The translations under genes and the position numbers were made by a program. 64,000 bases of DNA, taken from NCBI GenBank assembly GCA_029863605.1, contig JAOTVB010000003.1, forward strand, positions 137,658 to 201,657, read 5' to 3'. The notes under the pieces are model-generated. The model was given only the letters and a program-made list of their open reading frames with translations. It searched no databases and was not told where the DNA came from. Below, in pieces: positions 56,740 through 64,000 of the stretch; the first letter of the stretch is position 1, and every line of letters begins with the position of its first letter. The stretch comes from Myxococcales bacterium. GTDB lineage: Bacteria; Myxococcota_A; Polyangia; Polyangiales; Houyiibacteriaceae.

Positions 56740-57060
56740 CCCAGCTGGGAATAGCGGAGGAGTACGTATCTGCGAGGACTCGTACCTACGGTGTACTCGG
56801 CCCCTTTGGGGCCTCCGCACTAGTCCTGGAATGCTGCGGCTCCACGGACTGGCGTCCGTTCCGCTCGCACCCTTCCAGTCCCACACGAGTCCTCTCTTCC
56901 GCACCTAGCTGGGAATAACGGAGGAGTACGTATCTGCGAGGACTCGTACCTACGGTGTACTCGGCCCCTTTGGAGCCTCCGCACTAGTCCTGGAATGCTG
57001 CGGCTCCACGGACTGGCGTCCGTTCCGCTCGCACCCTTCCACTCCCACACGAGTCCTCTC
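56723..57060 (+). repeat. 164-bp tandem repeat (2 full units plus the first 10 bp of a third) beginning inside tRNA-Leu
   Basis: Units start at 56723, 56887 and 57051. Units 1 and 2 differ at 4 of 164 positions by hand alignment. Each unit begins with GAGTCCTCTCTTCCGCACC, the T-loop-to-3'-end segment of the tRNA. Confidence 0.9.
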
Positions 57061-57099
57061 GGTTTGTTGGCATTGGAAGCTCGCCGTACGACCTTTTTG

Positions 57100-57354
57100 T
57101 TAGGCGGCGCGTCTTGCTTGTTTTCTGGTGCCGACTTTGGAAAGGGCTAGGACTAGGCCTTTCATGGTGAGGCGGGTGCGGCTGGCGTCGACTAAGCCTT
57201 GGGCGTCGAGGCGGATGAGTAGATCTCGGAGGTCGGGTTCGGAGGTTTCCAGCCAGTCGGCGAGCGCCTCGGGGGTGGCGCGGATATCGCCCCGCGCGAG
57301 CTCGTAGAGGGCCTCCAACACGGACAGGCCTCGTTGTTCGTCGTTGTCTTTCAT
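57100..57354 (-). CDS. small hypothetical protein, winged-helix-like (putative DNA-binding)
   Basis: 84 aa. LSVLEALYELARGDIRATPEALADWLETSEPDLRDLLIRLDAQGLV resembles a MarR/DtxR-type wHTH. No stronger evidence. Confidence 0.4.
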   Translation of the reverse strand: MKDNDEQRGLSVLEALYELARGDIRATPEALADWLETSEPDLRDLLIRLDAQGLVDASRTRLTMKGLVLALSKVGTRKQARRAA

Positions 57355-57464
57355 CAGAGAGCCAGAATACCCAATACTGATAATCGGTCCAGTTTTTGGT
57401 GTTCAGTGGCTTTCAACACGGTAGCTCAATCCGTAAGCGAGCGAATTATATATCATTTCGGCGC

Positions 57465-60095
57465 TCAGATCTCGAGCTCCACGAGCAGCAATTTGTTGCA
57501 GTCCCGCTTCGTGGACAGCTTCCGGATGGGCCGGCCCGGCACGAGCTTTTCGAAGTTCGGGTACCGCTTGTGCTCGAACACGAAATAGGCCCGCCGTCCG
57601 CGGTTCTCCTCTAACCAGTTCTTGATCCGTTTGTTGTCGATCTCGGCGAAAACGTGGACCCGATTGCCAGTGTAGAAGTTCTCGCCCTTCCAGTTCATCT
57701 GCCAGGCGACGAGGGGCTCGTCGGCGGTTTGCCTGTCTGCATAGTAACGCTCGGTTAAATTTCGAATCCCCCAGTGATCGGCGAGATCCACCGTGTAGAC
57801 GTTGAGGGCCCAGGCGCAGAACGCGATCGCAACCCCCATGAGCCCCCGGGCGGCGACCTGTCGCCAAGCCTGGAAGCTGGCCGCGGCGGTGAGAACGGTC
57901 GCGGCGATCGCAAAGCCGGTCAAGATGGGCCGGTAATCGAGGTGCTCGGGCCAGAGCCGACCGTAGTTATAGACGAAGAGGTGGATCAGCCGTTCGTTTC
58001 CCTGCGGTCGCGCGGTTGTCGCCCAGCTCAGGTCCCGGCCGACGAACGCGACGGCACAGGCACCCATGATCAAAGCCACCCCAGTTGCGATGCTCCACCG
58101 GGCCGAGGGGACGCGAGTCTCGGCCTTTGCCAGGTCCGAGCGGGCTTGCGCCACCATCAGCATCCCGACGACAAGGCACGCATATGCCGTGGCCGGGTTG
58201 GCCTGCTGCAAGATCCAGTCGTCGGTTGCAATCGCGTGGGCCGGGATGACCCCACGCGGGTCACCAGCGAGGAACGCGAAACCCGCCACGAAGAAGACGG
58301 CAGCCGCAGCAGCCAACACCGTGGCAACCGGGTATCTCGGTCCCCACCATTGCGCCATTGCGATGCCGACCAGGATCCCGGCGGGGACGATCGCCGGAAG
58401 GATGTAGTGATGGAACTTGGTCATCATCGCGCTGAAGAGAACGAACGACGACAGCAGCCAAAGCCCCAAGAAGAGGACCGTGTCGCGTCGGGAGGCGCTC
58501 GTCGATCGCGCTTGGGCGCGGTACCAAAGAAACACCATCAGGGCTCCGGGAATGAGCGCGACCCACGGGAAGGTCGCGTACCCGATTTGGGTGAGAAAGT
58601 ACTCGATCGTGCCCTTGTCGCCGTGGACACCGCTCGCGAGTCGATTGATGTGGTCGTGAATCAGCAGCCGGTTCGTAAAGCCCGACCCGTGTCGCACGTA
58701 CATTGCCAGGTACCACGGCAGGCTCACCGCAACGACGACGAGCGTACCTGACGCGATTCGAAGATCGCCGTTACCGAGCAACGCCCACCGTTGGGAGGCG
58801 ATCAGGTAGAGGAGCGCGATCAGTCCTGGGACCGCGAGGCCCAGAAGCCCTTTGACCATGAACGCGATCGCACACGAGAAATAGAACGCGTACATCAAGA
58901 GCGGCCGTTGGTGCCGCTCCTTTCGAAGGATGAAGGCGATCGCGCAAAGGGCACAGAGCCAAAGAATGCCCTGGACGAAAGGCTGGGCCCCGAGGCCTTG
59001 CACCCGAGGCAGTTGCTCTCGGGGGTCTGGATTGCCAGGAATGTCGATGTTGCCGGCAGACCCGTAGAGAAAGCGATCGGGATGGGTCACCAGGTGCCAA
59101 CCATCGATCCAAGAGACATTGCGTGAGATCAGATAGGCCGCCTGCGGAAGGACGGCGAGCACGACCAACAACACCATCACGTGCTGCAGCGACAGCTTGA
59201 GGGGACCGACTTGAAACACCGTGGCTTCGCGCTCGGGATCCTCTTCCATTGCGATCAGCAAGCAACAGGCCGCGATCGTGATCGCAGCCACGAGAGGCAA
59301 GTCGGTGATCGCTTGTCGCGAGATGAAGAAGAACTGCGGCATCGTCGCGACGACCAAGGTGGCGAGGGCCCCCGCCCGGGAACCGAATTGGCGCCGTATC
59401 GTTGCGTAGATGACGCCGAGCGCGGCGATCGTCATGACGAACGTAGGCATCCGAATCGCCCATTCCGGGTGTGCCGGATGAGCGTCGGGCAAGAAGTCGA
59501 CCCCGGCAACGCCCATGCTCCAAGCCTCAGTCCAGAAAAGGAAGACCGGCTTCGACCAAAACCAGTTGTCCTGCGCCCACCACAGGCTGATCCAGTCGTT
59601 GCGCGACAAGATCTCCCGGGCGACCTCGCCGTAGTGTGTCTCCCAGGGATCCCACAAGCTGTAGGTGCCGAGAAGCGGCAAATAGATCGCGACGATGACG
59701 ACCAGTACCAGTAGCCCCGGACGCCGCAGCGCAGGCGGAACCAAGCAGACCAGTGCGACGCAGATCGTGATCGGCAAACGGTCGTAGCCGCCAACCGAGA
59801 ACCCGATCGCGATCACGACCGCGGCCAGCGCCCCAGCGACGACCGGTGACACTGCTTCTCCGGGCTGCTTGCCAAGCGTCGTCTCGCGCCAGGGGACAGG
59901 ATCGCCTGTGGGCATCGGGACGAGCCACGCGACCCATGCCACGGAAGCGACCAGCGCGATCAGAGTTCCCCACAGGGGGCCGAGAAAGAAGGGGTCGCGG
60001 TTGGCCATCCAAAGGACCATCGCGACGGAAGCCAGCATGGCCACGACCAGGGCGGTGACCTTCTTCGACTGTTTGCGACCTTCCGCCCTCGGCAA
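57465..60095 (-). CDS. glycosyltransferase family 39 (ArnT/PMT-like) polytopic membrane protein
   Basis: More than 12 TM helices. The first loop has DPWETHYGEVAREILSRNDWISLWW (the DxxE..Y.E..REM motif of ArnT/PMT_2 enzymes). Soluble C-terminal domain. TTG start. Confidence 0.75.
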   Translation of the reverse strand: MPRAEGRKQSKKVTALVVAMLASVAMVLWMANRDPFFLGPLWGTLIALVASVAWVAWLVPMPTGDPVPWRETTLGKQPGEAVSPVVAGALAAVVIAIGFSVGGYDRLPITICVALVCLVPPALRRPGLLVLVVIVAIYLPLLGTYSLWDPWETHYGEVAREILSRNDWISLWWAQDNWFWSKPVFLFWTEAWSMGVAGVDFLPDAHPAHPEWAIRMPTFVMTIAALGVIYATIRRQFGSRAGALATLVVATMPQFFFISRQAITDLPLVAAITIAACCLLIAMEEDPEREATVFQVGPLKLSLQHVMVLLVVLAVLPQAAYLISRNVSWIDGWHLVTHPDRFLYGSAGNIDIPGNPDPREQLPRVQGLGAQPFVQGILWLCALCAIAFILRKERHQRPLLMYAFYFSCAIAFMVKGLLGLAVPGLIALLYLIASQRWALLGNGDLRIASGTLVVVAVSLPWYLAMYVRHGSGFTNRLLIHDHINRLASGVHGDKGTIEYFLTQIGYATFPWVALIPGALMVFLWYRAQARSTSASRRDTVLFLGLWLLSSFVLFSAMMTKFHHYILPAIVPAGILVGIAMAQWWGPRYPVATVLAAAAAVFFVAGFAFLAGDPRGVIPAHAIATDDWILQQANPATAYACLVVGMLMVAQARSDLAKAETRVPSARWSIATGVALIMGACAVAFVGRDLSWATTARPQGNERLIHLFVYNYGRLWPEHLDYRPILTGFAIAATVLTAAASFQAWRQVAARGLMGVAIAFCAWALNVYTVDLADHWGIRNLTERYYADRQTADEPLVAWQMNWKGENFYTGNRVHVFAEIDNKRIKNWLEENRGRRAYFVFEHKRYPNFEKLVPGRPIRKLSTKRDCNKLLLVELEI

Positions 60096-60123
60096 CGCGG
60101 CCGGAGCATAGCAGGCCTGCGGC

Positions 60124-60495
60124 TCACTCTCTCAGGTCGAATCGCGTCACGCCATCAGCCGGAACGGTCAACGGTCGGCTGTGTTCGACTCCGCGACCGT
60201 TCGATCCATAGACCGTAATCCGCGCCCGGTACTGCCCCGGCTGAAGGCTGAGCGTGTGGAAAAAAGCACTATCGTCGCCCGCGACGCGGTTGAAGCGGGC
60301 GGTCGTGACCGCCTCGCCGTCCTGCACGATGTCCACGTCCACTCTGCGGACTTCGGGGCTAGGCTGGTAGGCCACCTCCACGTCCCGCGGCCACACCCGC
60401 GCGAGTTGACCGCCGACTACGGCCAGACCGACCACTGCAATGACGGTTGCGAGCCGTTTCCGGGTCGGGGAGGGGATAGGGAGAGCGTGCGGCAT
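60124..60495 (-). CDS. hypothetical single-pass membrane protein with beta-sandwich-like ectodomain
   Basis: The internal ATG at 60495 gives MPHALPIPSPTRKRLATVIAVVGLAVVGG (signal anchor). Lies 28 bp upstream of the GT39 gene on the same strand. Confidence 0.5.
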   Translation of the reverse strand: MPHALPIPSPTRKRLATVIAVVGLAVVGGQLARVWPRDVEVAYQPSPEVRRVDVDIVQDGEAVTTARFNRVAGDDSAFFHTLSLQPGQYRARITVYGSNGRGVEHSRPLTVPADGVTRFDLRE

Positions 60496-60599
60496 CCAAA
60501 TCGTGGTTATGATGATTAGATGCGAAAGCGCAAACGTCACTACCTTGGCACCAATTGGAGTCGGTGTTAAATTGAACATTGTCCGATAAGTAAGCCGTT

Positions 60600-62744
60600 A
60601 TGGTCCGCCTCACCGACATTCTCGAAAAGGTGAAGGGATACCATCCCCGAGCGGATACCGATCTGATCAATAAAGCCTATGTGTATTCCGCCCGGATGCA
60701 CGACGGGCAGAACCGAAAGTCGGGAGATCCCTATTTCGCGCATCCGGTGGCGGTGGCCGACATCATCGCCGACATGCGTCTAGACGCCTCGAGCGTTTGC
60801 GCCGCGCTCCTTCACGACGTGGTCGAGGACTGCGAGGCAAGCATTCCCGACATTGAAACGGTGTTCGGGGAAGAGGTCGCCTTCCTGGTCGATGGCGTCA
60901 CGAAGCTCGGCAAGGTCAACTTCGCATCACGCGAAGATCGTCAGGCCGAGAGCTTCCGGAAGATGCTGGTCGCGATGGCCCAAGACATTCGGGTGTTACT
61001 CGTCAAGTTGGCGGACCGGCTCGACAACATGCGCACGCTCGAGCACATGTCGCCAGACTCGCAGGAGCGCATCGCACGGGAGACGTTGGAGATCTATGCG
61101 CCGCTTGCGGGCCGACTCGGGATCCAGTGGCTCAAGGCCGAGCTCGAGGATCTCAGCTTCAAGCACCTCGAGCCAGATGCGCACGATGTTCTCGCCGCAC
61201 AAGTCGAGGCGGTCGCCAAGACCACCGACAGCTACATTACCGACGTCACGACACAGTTGAAGAAGATGCTCTTGACGCGCGGCTTCTCTGTGCAGATTAG
61301 TGGCCGCCGCAAGCACCTCTACTCGCTTCACCGCAAGATGAAGGGAACTGGTATCGGGTTCGAGCAGGTGCACGACTTCGTCGCCTTCCGAGTCATCACC
61401 GAGAGCGTTGCCGATTGCTATGCCACGCTCGGCGTCATCCATTCGGAATGGACGCCAGTGCCGGGTCGTTTCAAGGACTATGTCGCGCTTCCGAAGTCGA
61501 ACATGTACCAATCGCTGCACACGACGGTGATCGGGCCAGGGAATCGGCGCGTCGAGGTCCAGATTCGCACTCACGAGATGCATCGCACTGCCGAATACGG
61601 GATCGCGGCACACTGGCAGTACAAAGACCACACGGGCGGGATCGACCCGAAGGACGCCGCGCGGTTCGTATGGCTCCGGCAGCTGATGGAGTTCCAAAAA
61701 GAAGTAGCCGATCCCGAGGAGTTTTACGAGAGCGTCCGGGTCGACCTCTTCCCCGAGGACGTTTACGTGTTCACGCCGAAGGGTGACGTCAAAACGTTTC
61801 CTCGAGGCGCTACCCCCATCGACTTCGCCTATGCCGTTCACTCAGAGGTTGGCCACCGGTGTTCGGGGGCCCGCGTCAACGGCGCGATCGTACCGCTCCG
61901 ACACAAGCTTCAGAACGGCGATGTCGTCGATATCATCACGAGTAAGAACCATCACCCCAGCAAGGATTGGCTCGAGTTTGCGAGCACGAGCCGTGCGCGC
62001 TCGCGCATTCGAACGTACCTCCGCATGGAGGAACGAAAGCAGGCCGTCGAGCTGGGCCGGGAGCTGCTCGAAAAGGAGATGCGCAAGCACAAGCTGTCGC
62101 TTTCCCGTTTTCTCAAGAGCAATCGTGCCAAAGAGATTCTTTCTCGTTTCCGCACGGGTAGCGAAGACGAGCTTTATGCTCGGATCGGGATCGGTAAGCT
62201 CGCGCTTCCAACCGTCATGGAGGCGATCATTCCGAGCGAAGATGAGGACCGCGACAGCCTTCGGCCAGGCTTCATCGAACGCACCGTCCAGCGCGTTTCG
62301 AAGAGCTCGGACGCCAGCGGCATTCGCATTCAAGGCATCGACAACATGCTCGTCCGGTTTGCCCAGTGCTGTAGTCCAGTTCCTGGTGATCCGGTGACCG
62401 GCTGGATTACGCGTGGCCGCGGGGTATCGGTCCACCGCCGAGGTTGTCCGCGGGTTCTCGAGCTCGATCCGGAGCGGCGCGTACAAGTGAGTTGGGCCGA
62501 CGACGTCAAGGTCGACCTCCCGGTGTCGCTGCGAGTGATGACTGACGACCGTTCCGGCATCCTCGCATCGGTTTCATCGGTGTTTTCGTCGAATGGCGTG
62601 AGCATCAACGAAGCGTCGTGTCTTTCCAAAGACGGCCGTGCCGAGAACATGTTTCACTTCCGCGTGGGCGACATCGACCTCCTGCGTGAAATCATGCGTG
62701 GCGTCGCCAAGGTCCAAGGTGTCATCGACGTCGAACGCGTCTAG
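60600..62744 (+). CDS. relA: bifunctional (p)ppGpp synthetase/hydrolase RelA/SpoT (Rel)
   Basis: HD domain (HPVAVA...HDVVED), synthetase domain (YSLHRKM...DFVAFRVI...YQSLHT), then TGS and ACT domains. Confidence 0.93.
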   Translation: MVRLTDILEKVKGYHPRADTDLINKAYVYSARMHDGQNRKSGDPYFAHPVAVADIIADMRLDASSVCAALLHDVVEDCEASIPDIETVFGEEVAFLVDGVTKLGKVNFASREDRQAESFRKMLVAMAQDIRVLLVKLADRLDNMRTLEHMSPDSQERIARETLEIYAPLAGRLGIQWLKAELEDLSFKHLEPDAHDVLAAQVEAVAKTTDSYITDVTTQLKKMLLTRGFSVQISGRRKHLYSLHRKMKGTGIGFEQVHDFVAFRVITESVADCYATLGVIHSEWTPVPGRFKDYVALPKSNMYQSLHTTVIGPGNRRVEVQIRTHEMHRTAEYGIAAHWQYKDHTGGIDPKDAARFVWLRQLMEFQKEVADPEEFYESVRVDLFPEDVYVFTPKGDVKTFPRGATPIDFAYAVHSEVGHRCSGARVNGAIVPLRHKLQNGDVVDIITSKNHHPSKDWLEFASTSRARSRIRTYLRMEERKQAVELGRELLEKEMRKHKLSLSRFLKSNRAKEILSRFRTGSEDELYARIGIGKLALPTVMEAIIPSEDEDRDSLRPGFIERTVQRVSKSSDASGIRIQGIDNMLVRFAQCCSPVPGDPVTGWITRGRGVSVHRRGCPRVLELDPERRVQVSWADDVKVDLPVSLRVMTDDRSGILASVSSVFSSNGVSINEASCLSKDGRAENMFHFRVGDIDLLREIMRGVAKVQGVIDVERV

Positions 62745-63601
62745 CCCTCATGAGGCTCTCCCGTAGAGCGCCAAAGCACCGTCAGCAGCCCAGCCACCAC
62801 CAGGATAGACACGAGGATCACCCATAGACCGATATGCTCCACTCGATCAGAGAGCGTGTTGAAGCCTTCGACCCGAACCAACGTAACGGGGAGCAATAGT
62901 GGCGTGGCGTTGATGCCGGCGTGCAGTGCGATGCTCGCCAAGGTGGATTTCGTTCGGAGTGCGACGACGCCGAGGACCAACCCACCGAGGGTTGCGTAGA
63001 TCGCTCCTGGCCAACCATGGACGATCCCGAACAGGAGGGAGCTCCACACCAGCGCGGCGCGCGTGCCATAGCGACCTTGCAGTATGGGGAGAAGCCAGCC
63101 TCGAAAAACGAGCTCCTCGGTGACGGGGGCGACCAAAACGAAGGCGACTAGGGCAGACATCCCTCCCCACCAAGTCGTGGGATTCAACATTTGATAGCGT
63201 CGGGCCAACTCGTCGAACGCGAGCGGCCAGACTTCCTGCGCAACGTTTCCGACCTCAGCCAACGAGAATTGAAGAAACAGTCCAGCCGCGAAGCACACAG
63301 CAACGATACCGCCCGCCAAAGGACGAACGTGGACGGCTTCGAGAAATCCCGCCTCCCGGCCCTTGTGTGGAAACGCGAAGATGAACAGTAGGCATACGCC
63401 GGCTGCTTGCGCCAGCGCGAGATTGATCGGCACGTCGGCGCCGGCTCGAACCGCCTCGGTCCAACCAGACCAGGTCATGGAGAACTTCTTCAGCTGGAGA
63501 AAACCGGCTAGCGCCAAGAAGATGGCGTTGAGCACCGGTAGGGCGAGCGCAATGAGCAGCGTCTCCAGCGCCATCGGCACAGCTCGGAAATCTCGTCCCA
63601 C
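62741..63601 (-). CDS. CPBP family intramembrane glutamic endopeptidase (CAAX protease-like)
   Basis: Polytopic membrane protein with EELVFRGWL and FGIVH motifs. Start is GTG at 63601 or ATG at 63574. Confidence 0.8.
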   Translation of the reverse strand: MGRDFRAVPMALETLLIALALPVLNAIFLALAGFLQLKKFSMTWSGWTEAVRAGADVPINLALAQAAGVCLLFIFAFPHKGREAGFLEAVHVRPLAGGIVAVCFAAGLFLQFSLAEVGNVAQEVWPLAFDELARRYQMLNPTTWWGGMSALVAFVLVAPVTEELVFRGWLLPILQGRYGTRAALVWSSLLFGIVHGWPGAIYATLGGLVLGVVALRTKSTLASIALHAGINATPLLLPVTLVRVEGFNTLSDRVEHIGLWVILVSILVVAGLLTVLWRSTGEPHEG

Positions 63602-63691
63602 GTCCCTGCGTAGCCTGACACGGACCGAGGGGTATCGGGCAAGATATGCGCCTGCCCTGTTCCGCCGACCCTGCTATAGCGGCTCACCGGC

Positions 63692-64000
63692 ATGAGAATT
63701 CGGTCTCTCGTAATCCTCGGCTTACTCAGCCTCACGGCGGCTTGTGCGCACTCGCGATCGGCGACCAACGGGCGGGCCCCCGTCCGAAGCGCCGAGCCGA
63801 TCCCCCGAGCCGAGTATCCTGCCGAGTCGCGCCGATACATGCAGATGACGAGCTCGGAACCCGGCCGCCTCATGCTTCGCGATCGACTGGTCGCCAGAAT
63901 CCTCGTCGAGGCTCAGAGCCTTGCCGACATCGATGACTACGAGGGCGTCGTCGCCCAAACCGAAAGGCTCAGCGACGTCCTCTCGCCGTCGGATTTCGCT
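63692..64000 (+). CDS. hypothetical lipoprotein, N-terminal part (3' end cut by window edge)
   Basis: ATG at 63692. MRIRSLVILGLLSLTAAC lipobox. The frame stays open to the end of the window, which is why it is absent from the ORF track. Confidence 0.5.
   Translation, partial: MRIRSLVILGLLSLTAACAHSRSATNGRAPVRSAEPIPRAEYPAESRRYMQMTSSEPGRLMLRDRLVARILVEAQSLADIDDYEGVVAQTERLSDVLSPSDFA

Noticed and set aside
56695-57050. Two similar minus-strand ORFs (69 and 76 aa) with near-identical sequences
   Set aside because: They are simply the two copies of the 164-bp tandem repeat read in one frame. The first also runs through the tRNA-Leu gene.

Overview
High-GC bacterial chromosomal window. Its gene content looks Myxococcota/deltaproteobacteria-like: many sigma-54 enhancer-binding proteins, FHA domains, a Ser/Thr kinase, c-di-GMP enzymes and type IV minor pilins. 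This lineage guess is inference from content only.

I support about 50 CDS, 2 tRNAs (Met-CAU on the minus strand, Leu-CAG on the plus strand) and several non-coding repeats. Main blocks, left to right:
- murB 3' end.
- A nine-gene minus-strand run: hrcA-grpE-dnaK, a RegB/RegA-like two-component system (TCS), an outer-membrane (OM) barrel, an unknown ORF and MbnP/MbnH.
- ftsB, a GAF-GGDEF cyclase, sixA, an APC permease, fabI and a Ser/Thr kinase.
- An SDR/acyltransferase pair.
- A 10-kb signalling island: 2 NtrC-like regulators, REC-GGDEF-EAL, 2 hybrid kinases and HAMP-GAF-GGDEF.
- An OM-like protein, a gamma-CA-like protein, a 5'-3' exonuclease, and class II RNR nrdJ with NrdR-like boxes.
- An FHA-GAF-sigma54 activator followed by two lipoproteins.
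- lnt, bioA and ftsK.
- A cluster of a HEAT lipoprotein, an RHH-FHA protein, a coiled-coil protein and a lipoprotein.
- A fimT-pilV-pilW-pilX-pilY1 minor pilin operon.
- A GT39 glycosyltransferase, relA/spoT and a CPBP protease.

I found no CRISPR array, transposase, integrase, recognisable defence system or prophage. The window is mostly core genome plus signalling genes. The features least explained by gene annotation are non-coding:
1. Two degenerate CTGRCR hexamer arrays that share an identical 18-mer and bracket a 7.1-kb block.
2. A 164-bp tandem repeat seeded by the 3' end of tRNA-Leu.
3. A roughly 50-bp REP-like hairpin element, in 2 full copies and 1 partial copy, that always starts on the TAG stop codon of a plus-strand gene at a convergent junction.

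The candidate uncharacterised protein modules are envelope clusters linked to FHA signalling. All functional calls come from reading motifs in the translations. No database search was run.
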